A stretch of DNA of 64,000 nt. Origin: Planctomycetota bacterium (GTDB lineage Bacteria; Planctomycetota; GCA-002687715; CAIWVZ01). The position numbers were made by a program, and so were the translations under genes. The notes under the pieces were generated by a model. The model was given only the letters and a program-made list of their open reading frames with translations, was not told the DNA's origin and searched no databases. Location of the stretch: contig JBGANV010000006.1 of NCBI GenBank assembly GCA_044222185.1, positions 256,001 to 320,000 of the forward strand. The letters run 5' to 3'. This document shows positions 49,028-58,536 of this stretch, piece by piece (the first letter of the stretch is position 1; each line of letters opens with the position of its first letter).

Positions 49028-49327
49028 ATGCTCAAACTCGTCTTGTGGTGCACGACCGTGATCGCGCTGATCCCGACGGTCTGGCTGATCGCCGCCAGCG
49101 CGATGGTCCTTTCATTCGCGAACGACGGCGCACCGCCGATTGCCGCGCGCGGCGCCAAGCCCGGCCTCGATGCGCAGATTCACGACTCGTACGTGGGCGT
49201 CGGTGGCCTCACGACGGCCATCCACCCACGAGCCTGGGCCCTCGTCGCCATGAGCGTCGGCGTCCTGCTCATCGTCGGCGGGATGTTCACGTTGCTTCAC
49301 GTGCCGGCTCGGGGTGATGCTCGGTGA
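49028..49327 (+). CDS. Small two-TM membrane protein
   Basis: GGAGG RBS; two hydrophobic segments. Confidence 0.5.
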   Translation: MLKLVLWCTTVIALIPTVWLIAASAMVLSFANDGAPPIAARGAKPGLDAQIHDSYVGVGGLTTAIHPRAWALVAMSVGVLLIVGGMFTLLHVPARGDAR

Positions 49328-49781
49328 TCGTGCGCGTGTTCACGGAGCGTTGGGCGATCGACGGGCTGCCGGTCGCCGTGGCGCTTGGGAAGCGGGCCTG
49401 AACTCGACGTCGAGGCCCGCGTCGTCGCAGCGGACGACGCCTCGGGTCCGGCTGAATCGATCCTCCTGACCGACGACCTTCTCGGCACGCTCAGACCGCG
49501 GTGTCCCGCACGTTCGGAACGAACCGACGGTTGTTTCCAGCCTCTCGGGCTCGACCGGTCCGGCCGTCACGGTCGGTGGGTGAATCCGCGGAGCGACCTC
49601 GGATCGCAACCTCCTGAAGCCAGAGGGGGAGCGCGCGTCCCAGTGCTGGGGCGCGGTCGATCGGCGTGTGCGGTATGGCGCACGGACGATCCGCCGACCT
49701 TCGCATGGCGCGAACGATGCCGCGCCCGTAGGCTCTCCACTGCGGAAATCCCATTCCGCATTCACGCTGAGGAGAGTCCAC

Positions 49782-51065
49782 ATGCTGAAGAGAATCTCGA
49801 TCGCGTTCGTCTGTGCGTTCCTCGCAGTCGCGGCGCACGCCCAGACGCCGCCGACCTTGCCCGATCCCATGGCGTGCATCGGGTTCTTCTCCGAGCTGGG
49901 CGATGCACAGGCGATCGGCGGCGGCGCCGGGCCCGAGGACGTGGCGTACAACGCGGTCACGAACCGCGTCTACATCCTCCACGACTTCCCCAACTCGTCA
50001 CCCGACATCCTCCTCGAGTACGAGCTGGATGGAACGCTCGTGGCGGCGTCGCGGCCGCCAGCCGTCATCGGCGGCGGGCTGTGTGCGATGCCGAACGGTC
50101 ACCTCTTGCTCGGCAACGGCCTCTCGATCGTCGAACTCGACACGGCGGGCGTTCCCGTGGCGGGCGGAATCAGCGCGACGCTCGCCGTGCCTACGGGCAT
50201 CGGCTTCGTCGGCATCCAGGACTTGGACTACTACCAGGGCTTCGTCTACTGCCACGACGGCAACAACGGCACCGTGCTGAAGTACGACTCGACGACCAAC
50301 ACGTCGACGGTGATCTTCTCGGACGTCACGCGCCAATCGCAAGCGCTCGCCATTCACCCGGTGACGGGCGACATCTGGATCGCCAAGCCGTTCTTTCAGA
50401 GCGGCTCCCCGTTGTCGAACGGCACGATCCGCGTCTTCAGCCAGACCGGAACGGAACTCTACCTGGGCAACAGCCCGATCGCGCCGCGGCTCCGCCGGGA
50501 CGAGGATCTGCTGTGCAACCCCGCGCCCGGCAACTTCTCCGTCCCGAACGGCTTTGCATTCATGCCCAACGGCGACCTTTGGGTCTCCAACTTCAACTCG
50601 TTCGGATCGCCCACCGCGAACATCGGACGATTCCGTCCCCAGAGCCTCGGGGCAGCGATCCGGCTGACGAATCCCACGTGCATCGGCAGTGCGTCGCTCC
50701 CGGCGGTGCAGATCGTCACGGGTGAGCCGCGGTACGGCGCTGGCTTCACCGCGGGGTTCATCAACGGCACGTCGGGGCTGAGCAGCGCATGGGCCGTCAG
50801 CCTCGGCCGCGATTGCGGCGGAACGATCAGCTTCGGCACCGGCTGCACGTCAGGCGTGGACATCAGCCAGCTGATCCTGCCGGACTTCAACACGGGTCTC
50901 GGCTTCTTCAACGTGGGCCCCAACGGCGACTTCTCGATCTTCGTCGATCTCTCGACGTACGCGGGGCCGGCGTTCGAGGTCTACTCGCAGTGGTTGTTGA
51001 TCGACGCCGGCGTCCCGTCGGGTGCAACGACGACGAACCTCTGGCGCATCAAGTTCGGGCCGTGA
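49782..51065 (+). CDS. Secreted NHL/beta-propeller-like protein with C-terminal candidate sorting domain
   Basis: Signal peptide ending AHA-Q; repeats PEDVAYN, QALAIHP.TGDIWI, PNGFAFMPNGDLWVSN; C-terminal GPNGDFSI...YSQWLLID.G..SG...TN. Confidence 0.85.
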   Translation: MLKRISIAFVCAFLAVAAHAQTPPTLPDPMACIGFFSELGDAQAIGGGAGPEDVAYNAVTNRVYILHDFPNSSPDILLEYELDGTLVAASRPPAVIGGGLCAMPNGHLLLGNGLSIVELDTAGVPVAGGISATLAVPTGIGFVGIQDLDYYQGFVYCHDGNNGTVLKYDSTTNTSTVIFSDVTRQSQALAIHPVTGDIWIAKPFFQSGSPLSNGTIRVFSQTGTELYLGNSPIAPRLRRDEDLLCNPAPGNFSVPNGFAFMPNGDLWVSNFNSFGSPTANIGRFRPQSLGAAIRLTNPTCIGSASLPAVQIVTGEPRYGAGFTAGFINGTSGLSSAWAVSLGRDCGGTISFGTGCTSGVDISQLILPDFNTGLGFFNVGPNGDFSIFVDLSTYAGPAFEVYSQWLLIDAGVPSGATTTNLWRIKFGP

Positions 51066-52192
51066 CCTCGGTCGTGGGCGCGGCCCCCCCCCCCGACAGT
51101 GAGCGCGAGCGCCGCGAGGATCGAGATCGCTGCCGCGGCGCGGCAGACGACGGAGTAGCCGTGCGAGTGGAAGACGGGCGACGCGATCGCATAGCCGAGC
51201 GCGAGCCCGAGCTGCGCCACGACGCCGCGGACCGCCAGGTATCGCGGCAGGTTGTCGCGGGCCACGACACCCGTCAGGTGCAGCTGCAAGGCCGAGCGGC
51301 GGATCGTCTCGACGAACAGGACGACCGCCATGCCGACGGTCGCGAGGACGACCGTCGTCGCGATTTCCGGATAGAGCACGAGCGGCACCGCGAACACCAG
51401 ACTGCTCGCTGCCGCGACGCGGTCCGCCGCACGCGTTCGGAGCAGCATCGAGGCGAGGGGAGTGGCGACCACCGGTGCCAACCCTGCGCCGAGGAACACG
51501 ATCCCGATCTCCGTCATGGGAATGTGACGGACTTCGCTGAGGAACGACGAGAGCAACCCCGCGGGACCGGCGATGGCCGTGCCCGTCAGAGCCGTGGCGA
51601 GCAACGCGTGGAGCGCACGCCCGGTGAAGAACGACGGGCCGCCCGCCACGGGCGGGTCGTCGCGCACGGGCTCGGGACGCCGCGTCGCCAGCGTGATCGC
51701 GAACAGCGCCGCTGCAACCGCGGCGACGCCGACGAACAGCGTCTTCAGGCCGAGTAGCGCCTCGAACCTGGGCCCCAGCGGCACTCCGAGAACCAGCGCG
51801 GCGAGGAATCCCGCCGACTGATGACTCATCGCCCGCGCCCGATGTGTCGATCGCTCCGCCAGTACGGCGAGCGAGCACGAAAGGACGCCCGACGAGGCGC
51901 CGCTCAGCGCCCGGGCGGCCAGTCGAACGCCCAGGCTCGGAGCCAACGCGAACGCCGCCGCGGCGACCCCGAGTCCGAGGATCGCCGCCAGTACGACGTT
52001 GGGGAATGCCGCGGAGCGGACACGCCAGGCGACGACGAAGGGGATCGTGGCCGCTCCGATCGCGTAGGCGGTGAGCAGGTGATCCGCCGAAGCGCCGCCG
52101 CTCGACCCGCGGATCACCGGGAGCAGGATCTGGACGAGTTGACTGTCCAGGACCTGCAGGAACGCGATGAAGAAGTAGAGGAGGGAAGACAT
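50981..52192 (-). CDS. MFS transporter
   Basis: About 12 TM helices, ARALSGASSG, RARAMS. The C-terminal tail depends on a G11 tract. Confidence 0.8.
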   Translation of the reverse strand: MSSLLYFFIAFLQVLDSQLVQILLPVIRGSSGGASADHLLTAYAIGAATIPFVVAWRVRSAAFPNVVLAAILGLGVAAAAFALAPSLGVRLAARALSGASSGVLSCSLAVLAERSTHRARAMSHQSAGFLAALVLGVPLGPRFEALLGLKTLFVGVAAVAAALFAITLATRRPEPVRDDPPVAGGPSFFTGRALHALLATALTGTAIAGPAGLLSSFLSEVRHIPMTEIGIVFLGAGLAPVVATPLASMLLRTRAADRVAAASSLVFAVPLVLYPEIATTVVLATVGMAVVLFVETIRRSALQLHLTGVVARDNLPRYLAVRGVVAQLGLALGYAIASPVFHSHGYSVVCRAAAAISILAALALTVGGGGRAHDRGHGPNLMRQRFVVVAPDGTPASINNHCE

Positions 52193-52197
52193 CGCAC

Positions 52198-52221
52198 CCG
52201 CGCCGGCCCAGGCCGGCGCGG
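52198..52221. terminator. Strong GC hairpin between korB and the MFS gene
   Basis: CCGCGCCGGCC-CA-GGCCGGCGCGG perfect inverted repeat in a 31-nt gap; no U-tract. Confidence 0.5.
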
Positions 52222-52223
52222 AG

Positions 52224-53231
52224 TCACATCACTTCCCAGATGTCGCCGGCGTAGAGCAGGCTCTTCAGATCCCCGGCTCCCTGCTTCTCACGGGCGGCCT
52301 TGATCTGCGAGTGCACGGCTTCTTCCAGGACGACGGCGTTGACGTTGCGGAAGATGCCGATGGGCGTCGGCATCACGCTCTCCTGGAGCTGCGACATCAT
52401 GAACGCGATCGCGGGGTTGGGATTGGTCGGATCCCAGACGATCGCCGTCTTCTCGTTCTCGGCGGTGATCGGGAACGCCTCGAGCTCGAGCCCGTTCAGG
52501 CGCAGACCCTTCGAAAGGTTCTTGCCGAAGCGGACAGGCTTCCCGGGAACGAGATCGACGAGCATGTCGTCACGGATTTCGCGATCGACGAGATGCTCCC
52601 ACGCGTGGTCGTTGAAGATGTTGCAGTTCTGGAAGACCTCGACGAACGCCGTGCCCTTGTGAGCCGCGGCCGCGTGCAGCACCTCGCTGAGGTGCTTGGG
52701 GAGCACGTCGGCCGAGCGGGCGACGAACGTGGCGTTGGCGCCGAGCGCCAGCGACACCGGGTTGAACGGCCGATCCACCGTGCCCATGGGCGACGACTTG
52801 GTGACCTTGCCGGCTTCGGACGTCGGGCTGTACTGGCCCTTCGTCAGCCCGTAGATCCGGTTGTTGAACATCAGGATCTTGACGTTCGGGTTGCGCCGCA
52901 GGATGTGGATCAGGTGATTGCCGCCGATCGACATGGCGTCACCGTCGCCGGTGACGAGCCACACGTCGAGCTTGGGGTTGGCGAGCTTGACCCCCGTCGC
53001 GATCGCAGGCGCGCGGCCGTGGATTCCGTGGAACCCGTAGACCGACGTGTAGTAGGGGAATCGGCTCGAGCACCCGATGCCGGACACGACGACGGTGTTC
53101 TCGCGCTTCAGTTGAAGGTCGGCGAACACCTGCGTGACCGTGTTGAGGATCGAGTAGTCGCCGCAGCCCGGGCACCACCGGATCTCTTGATCCGACTTGT
53201 AGTCCTTCTTCGTCAGGGTGACCGCATTCAT
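52224..53231 (-). CDS. korB: 2-oxoacid:ferredoxin oxidoreductase beta subunit
   Basis: WCPGCGDY, SGIGCSSR, HGIHGRAP.IATG, GDGD.MSIGGNH, NNRIYGLTKGQYSPTS, QNCNIFN. Confidence 0.95.
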   Translation of the reverse strand: MNAVTLTKKDYKSDQEIRWCPGCGDYSILNTVTQVFADLQLKRENTVVVSGIGCSSRFPYYTSVYGFHGIHGRAPAIATGVKLANPKLDVWLVTGDGDAMSIGGNHLIHILRRNPNVKILMFNNRIYGLTKGQYSPTSEAGKVTKSSPMGTVDRPFNPVSLALGANATFVARSADVLPKHLSEVLHAAAAHKGTAFVEVFQNCNIFNDHAWEHLVDREIRDDMLVDLVPGKPVRFGKNLSKGLRLNGLELEAFPITAENEKTAIVWDPTNPNPAIAFMMSQLQESVMPTPIGIFRNVNAVVLEEAVHSQIKAAREKQGAGDLKSLLYAGDIWEVM

Positions 53232-53232
53232 C

Positions 53233-55092
53233 TCACGCCTCCTTCAGGCACTTCTCGATGCGGGCGGCGATCTCGGACGTGAGGAACGGCCGGCCCTGGA
53301 CCTTCGTGTACGACTCGACTTCGACTCCGTACCTGGCGGCGATCACCTTGGACAGCTGTCCCATGTTCAGCTCGGGGACCAGCACCTTCTTGAACTTGGA
53401 GATGATGGCGCCGAGGTTGCGCGGCATGGGGTTCACCCAGCGCAGGTGCACCCAGCCGACGGATCCGCCGGCCTGGGCCGTGCGGAGGAGCGGGCCCGCG
53501 ATCATGCCGCGGGTGCCACCCCACGAGATCACGAGCACCTTGCCGGACTGCGCGCCTTCGACGACCGCCTCCGGGATGTCGTTGGCGATGCCTTCGACCT
53601 TCTGCTCGCGCAGGTGGCACATCTTCTCGTGGTTCTGCGGGTCGTAGGAGATGTTGCCCGTGACGTCTTCCTTCTCGATGCCGCCGATGCGGTGCTCGAG
53701 GCCGACCGTCCCTGGGATCGCCCACGGGCGGGCGAGCGTCTTGGGATCGCGCTTGTAAGGCTGGAACGTCGCCGGGTCCTTGTGGAAGGTGACCGGGATC
53801 TTGGGCAGGTCCTCGATCTTGGGCAGGCGCCACGGCTCGGACCCGTTGGCGATGTAGCCGTCGGAGAGGAGCACGACCGGCGTCATGAACTTGACGGCGA
53901 CGCGGCAGGCCTCGATGGTCGCCTCGAAGCAGTCCGCCGGCGAGGCGGCGGCGATCACCGGCATGGGCGAGTCGCTGTTGCGGCCGTAGAGGACTTGCAG
54001 GAGGTCGGCCTGCTCGGTCTTCGTCGGCATGCCCGTGCTCGGGCCACCGCGCTGCACGTCGACGATGACGAGCGGGAGCTCGAGCATCACGGCGAGGTTC
54101 ATGGCCTCCGATTTGAGGGCGATGCCCGGGCCGCTCGTCGTCGTGATCCCGAGGTCACCTGCGTAGGACGCGCCGATCGCCGCGCAGACCGCCGCGATCT
54201 CGTCTTCCGCCTGGAACGTCACGATCCCGTAGTTCTTGTACGTCGAGAGCTGGTGGAGGATGTCGCTCGCCGGCGTGATCGGGTACGAGCCCAGCATGAT
54301 CTGCAGGCCCGAGAGCTTGGACACGGCGACGAAGCCCAACGCCAGGCTCTCGTTGCCCATGATGTTCCGATAGGTGCCGGGCGTCAGCTTGGCGGGTGCG
54401 ACTTCGTAGCGGACCTGGAACAGGTCGACGATCTCGCAGTAGTTGTGTCCCGCCTTCAGCACGCGGATGTTGGCCTCGGCGTACTCAGGCTTCTTCTTGA
54501 ACCGCTGCTCGATCCATTTGATGGTCGGCTCGAGCGGGCGGCTGAAGAGCCAGTAGGTCATCCCGAGCGCGAAGAAGTTCTTGCAGCGCAAGGTCTCCTT
54601 CGGGTCCAGGTTCATTTCCTTCAGCGCTTCGCGGGTGAGCTTGTTCAGGTCGACCTCGACGACGCGCCAGCCCTCGAACTCGTGGCTCTTGAGCGGGTCG
54701 TGGTCGTAATTGGCCTTCTTCAGGTCGCCGGCGGCGAAGTTGCCGGTGTTGACGATGATGATGCCGTTGCGCTTGACGTCCTTGTAGTTGACGCGAAGGG
54801 CCGCGGGGTTCATGGCGACGAGGCAGTCGGGTGCGTCGCCGGGCGAATGGATGTCGCGCGACGAGAACCGGACCTGGAAGCCGGAGACGCCGGGGATCGT
54901 GCCGGCGGGGGCGCGGATCTCGGCGGGGAAGTCGGGGAAGGTGGCGATGTCGTTGCCGATGATCGCGGACGTCTTGGTGAATTCGTTGCCGGTGATCTGC
55001 ATGCCGTCACCGGAGTCACCCGCGAACCGCACCACGATGTCCTCGGTGTGCTCGATCCGAGGTGCGTTGCGGTTCTTTTCTTCGAGATTCAT
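53233..55092 (-). CDS. korA: 2-oxoacid:acceptor oxidoreductase alpha subunit
   Basis: RFAGDSGDGMQ, PAEIRAP.GT, GNE, SYPITPASDI, QAEDEIAA, TSGPG, QRGGPSTGMPTKTEQAD, ELNMGQL. GGGAG RBS 7 nt before ATG 55092. Confidence 0.95.
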   Translation of the reverse strand: MNLEEKNRNAPRIEHTEDIVVRFAGDSGDGMQITGNEFTKTSAIIGNDIATFPDFPAEIRAPAGTIPGVSGFQVRFSSRDIHSPGDAPDCLVAMNPAALRVNYKDVKRNGIIIVNTGNFAAGDLKKANYDHDPLKSHEFEGWRVVEVDLNKLTREALKEMNLDPKETLRCKNFFALGMTYWLFSRPLEPTIKWIEQRFKKKPEYAEANIRVLKAGHNYCEIVDLFQVRYEVAPAKLTPGTYRNIMGNESLALGFVAVSKLSGLQIMLGSYPITPASDILHQLSTYKNYGIVTFQAEDEIAAVCAAIGASYAGDLGITTTSGPGIALKSEAMNLAVMLELPLVIVDVQRGGPSTGMPTKTEQADLLQVLYGRNSDSPMPVIAAASPADCFEATIEACRVAVKFMTPVVLLSDGYIANGSEPWRLPKIEDLPKIPVTFHKDPATFQPYKRDPKTLARPWAIPGTVGLEHRIGGIEKEDVTGNISYDPQNHEKMCHLREQKVEGIANDIPEAVVEGAQSGKVLVISWGGTRGMIAGPLLRTAQAGGSVGWVHLRWVNPMPRNLGAIISKFKKVLVPELNMGQLSKVIAARYGVEVESYTKVQGRPFLTSEIAARIEKCLKEA

Positions 55093-55260
55093 GAACACAC
55101 TCCCATGTTGCTCCCGCGTCGTACCGCGCGGCTTGGCTTGGGCCCGGCAGACGGGCCGGGCATTCTAATCATCTTCCGTCGCGGAAGCTCGCGCGCGCGA
55201 TGCGGCCATCGGCGTAGAACGGCCCGACCCATGTGCCGGAGAACGGAGTAGCCAGTCCGA

Positions 55261-56280
55261 TCATCTGGGACTGATCCGGTCCAGTTCCTCGAGCAGAGCT
55301 TCTCGGGCTCCCGGCGGCGGCGACTTTCCCGTAGTCCAACCCATGCTCTCGACCCGTGACAGCAAGACGTTGCGTTCCCGGTCTGCCTCGGTGTTCAGGG
55401 GGGTTTCTCGGACGGCGGCAACCCAGGCGACGACATCCTCCGTCGGCGGGAGGCCGTTCGCGAGCCAGTTCCTGACCGTGTCCGCCGTCCGGTCGATGTA
55501 GTGGTAGCTGAAGTACGCCTCCGCACGCCCTCGCGACTTGACCACGCTGGTCGCCACGCCGGTGACGAAGATCAACGCGAGAACCGCCGTCGCAATCCGG
55601 AGACCCAGGTCCAGTTTGTCTCGACCGAGGATGATCACGGAACCGCGCTTCGAGATGAGCCAGCCCGCGATGGCACCGCCGATCGCGCCCCCCAGGTGCG
55701 CCGACCCGCTGATCACGGGGACGGCGAGACCCATCAACAGCCAGACGACGAGCCACGTCATGATCTGCTTGCGGTACTCCGCCAGCGGGCCGGTCTTCTC
55801 GTGCCAGTTGATCGCGACCAGTGCGGCTCCGATCCCGCAACCCGCGCCGCTTGCCCCGACGCAGAACGAGGGTTCGCCCGTGACCGCGGCCCAGGCGACG
55901 GTTGCCAGGCTCCCACTGAGGCCCGACGCGAACATCACGAGAAATGCACGGCCACGCGTCGTGAAGGCCTCCAGGGTTCCGCCCAGGGACAGGATCGCAC
56001 TCGAGTTGAGGACGATGTGGAGGAGTCCGGCGTGGAGCAGCACGGGTGTGCACAGACGGTCCCATTCACCGTCGAGCAGGACTGCCTGAGTGGAGAGCGT
56101 GCCGGACGCGTAGAACCCCAGGTTGTTCGGAGCGAGGAAGGTCAGCCCGCCGCTCTGCACGCCGTGACCGACCCACAGCGACCACAGGTAGGCGGCCCAG
56201 CATGCGCCGACGAAGGTCTGCGCTGCGGGAAACGGCCACGCGAAGTCGAATCGCCTGCGACGCTCCAGATCCGTCGGCAT
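55261..56280 (-). CDS. Rhomboid family intramembrane serine protease
   Basis: GEWDRL.TPVLLHAGLLHI.LN, VGASGA (catalytic Ser), SAHLGGAIGG (catalytic His). Confidence 0.92.
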   Translation of the reverse strand: MPTDLERRRRFDFAWPFPAAQTFVGACWAAYLWSLWVGHGVQSGGLTFLAPNNLGFYASGTLSTQAVLLDGEWDRLCTPVLLHAGLLHIVLNSSAILSLGGTLEAFTTRGRAFLVMFASGLSGSLATVAWAAVTGEPSFCVGASGAGCGIGAALVAINWHEKTGPLAEYRKQIMTWLVVWLLMGLAVPVISGSAHLGGAIGGAIAGWLISKRGSVIILGRDKLDLGLRIATAVLALIFVTGVATSVVKSRGRAEAYFSYHYIDRTADTVRNWLANGLPPTEDVVAWVAAVRETPLNTEADRERNVLLSRVESMGWTTGKSPPPGAREALLEELDRISPR

Positions 56281-56393
56281 GCGCGAGGCTAACACGGGCG
56301 GCGTGCGCGTCGGATGGCGCGCGCCGCTCCAATCCCGGGCCTTGACGTGCGACGGCGCGACGCCTAACACCCCAACCAGCGGTCGGGGAAACG

Positions 56394-57188
56394 ATGCGAG
56401 TCTGTGTGCTCGGAAGTGGAAGTCGCGGCAATGCCATCTACGTGGACACGCCCACGGTCCGCCTGGTCGTCGACGCCGGTCTGAATGCCAAGGAGATGCG
56501 CGCCCGGCTCGCCGAGGCCGGCCTGCCCCAGGATCGGCTGGACGCGATCCTCGTCACGCACGAGCATCACGACCACGTTCAATGCGTCTCCCCGGTTGCC
56601 CGAGCCTTCGGGGCGACGGTCTGGTTGACGGAGGCCACGCACGCGGTCGCCCGACACCGACTCAAGGCGACGGACAAGTTCCGCGTGTTCGAGGCGGGCG
56701 CACCCGTGGCGTTCGGCGACCTCGTGGCCGAGCCGGTCCGCAAGCCCCACGACGCTGCCGACCCCGTGGCGTTCCTCTTCCACAACGAGGGCGCGACCCT
56801 CGGGTGTTTCACCGACCTCGGCTCGGTGGACGAGGCCGTCGGGCTCGCGATCGCGAGGTGCGCGGCGTTGGTGATGGAGTCCAATCACGACCCCGCGCTC
56901 CTGGCGGCGGGCCCCTATCCGCAGGCACTGAAGGGGCGCATCGGGTCCGAGTTGGGCCACCTCTCCAACGACCAGAGCGCGAAAGCGATCGCGAAATGGG
57001 CGTCGCCGATGTTGCGAACGCTCGTCCTGGCGCATCTGTCGGAGACGAACAACACGCCGGACCACGTGCGGCGCGCCTACCTCACGCACATGGGGCCGCG
57101 GGCGTCCGTCGACCGTTGGATCTCCTATCAGTCTCGCGCGACTCGCGTTTTCGACGTGGCGCCGCTCGCGGCGGCGCAGGCCGTCTGA
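56394..57188 (+). CDS. MBL-fold metallo-hydrolase (YycJ/WalJ-like)
   Basis: LGSGSRGN, VDAG, THEHHDH, PHDAADP, TDLG, ESNHD, GHLSN, LAHLSETNN. Confidence 0.92.
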   Translation: MRVCVLGSGSRGNAIYVDTPTVRLVVDAGLNAKEMRARLAEAGLPQDRLDAILVTHEHHDHVQCVSPVARAFGATVWLTEATHAVARHRLKATDKFRVFEAGAPVAFGDLVAEPVRKPHDAADPVAFLFHNEGATLGCFTDLGSVDEAVGLAIARCAALVMESNHDPALLAAGPYPQALKGRIGSELGHLSNDQSAKAIAKWASPMLRTLVLAHLSETNNTPDHVRRAYLTHMGPRASVDRWISYQSRATRVFDVAPLAAAQAV

Positions 57189-57489
57189 CGCGGAAGCCGC
57201 GTGAGGTCACAGCATCGGACGGGCCAGGATCGACCGTGAACGGCGTTGAATGCCCCGGGGATCGATCCAAGCGGTTGGCGCACCGGACATGCCGCGCTCG
57301 GTCGGTGTCGGGAATCCGAATCCAGGTGCGATCGACGCCGCGCGCGGAAAGCTCGGCCCGTTGCACGCCGGCACGATTGACGACGCGGTTGGCGTACACC
57401 GGGTCGCGTTCGCCGGACCCACGCGTGCGGAAGACCGTGGATCTCAGAAAGAAGGCTGAGACTCCGGGCCGCGCGACGCGCAATCAGCC

Positions 57490-58122
57490 TCAGGACGACT
57501 CGCGCTCGACGTCGTCGTCGACCCAGACCATCCCGGGCTCGCGGCCGGGCACGGTGCGAGGCTTGCCGGCGCGGTAGCGAGGACAGTCCTTCGGCCCGTA
57601 GCAGTGGGTCTCGAACCGCCAGCGCTTCTTCGACGGGTTCCACTTGTCGATCGTGATCTCCGTGACCATGGTCAGCCCGAACGGGCATCGCGCGCAGGCT
57701 TCGGCGCAAGTCCGCGGATCCAGGCGCCGATGTCCGGCGGCGCGGTATTCAGGGAGCGGGGGCGCGATGCCGCCATCGGGATCGGCGGGGCGGTCTTCGC
57801 GGGGGGCGCCGCGGCTCTCGACCACGAGCCCGCTCGCGCGGTAGTAGCCAGCCCACTCCAAGCGCGGGTCCGCAACCGGGCGCGCCTTGCCTCGGACGGC
57901 GTCGCCGATCCGAAAGCGGTGCTTTGCATGCGCGGCGGGCCCGATCGCAACGCGGAACTCGGGCACGGCGGCGCCAGCGATGTCGCCCCGGAGAACGATC
58001 GTGTATCCCTGGTAGTCGTGGGAGACCTCGTCGAACGAGCGCAGCAGGCGGATGCGCCCCTTGACAGCGACGATTTCGCCGCGGAATTCGATCGGCTCGG
58101 TGCTGATGGCTCGTCCCCTCAT
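57490..58122 (-). CDS. Hypothetical protein (beta-rich N-terminus, Cys-rich C-terminus)
   Basis: RIRLLRSFDE.SHDYQGY, C..CPFG...HCYGPKDC. TAGACT 7 nt before ATG 58122 supports this start rather than 58500. Confidence 0.75.
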   Translation of the reverse strand: MRGRAISTEPIEFRGEIVAVKGRIRLLRSFDEVSHDYQGYTIVLRGDIAGAAVPEFRVAIGPAAHAKHRFRIGDAVRGKARPVADPRLEWAGYYRASGLVVESRGAPREDRPADPDGGIAPPLPEYRAAGHRRLDPRTCAEACARCPFGLTMVTEITIDKWNPSKKRWRFETHCYGPKDCPRYRAGKPRTVPGREPGMVWVDDDVERESS

Positions 58123-58536
58123 GGCGGGGAGTCTATCCCAGACTGCCGGTGGCGGGCCACACTCGCCACCGTCGCGCGATCGGCTCCGACCCGCATTCAG
58201 CACGGAGCAGGACTCGCGCTCGCCACACCTCGAACGCTCGACGTGAGACGGCTGCTTCGTTCGCCACGGGACCAGCCACCGGGCCTGACCGCCGCCGAAA
58301 CGACGGTCGAGCGCGATGGTCGCGTCCGGAAGATCGGCCCGGTCCACGAGAATTCCCGTGACGAGGACGCGACCTCGCGCGGTTCCCGCGACGTCCTCGG
58401 TTCTCGACGGCTCCCGATCGAGGGACATGGCCACACCAGGTTGGAACTCACGACTCGCCTCACGTCGCGGAGGTCCGGCGGCCGCCCCGCCCTGAACCAT
58501 GCCTGCCGGGACGAAGGCCCGAAGTCCGCGTCGACG

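Noticed and set aside
53218-55251. 677-aa plus-strand ORF
   Set aside because: Antisense shadow of korA.
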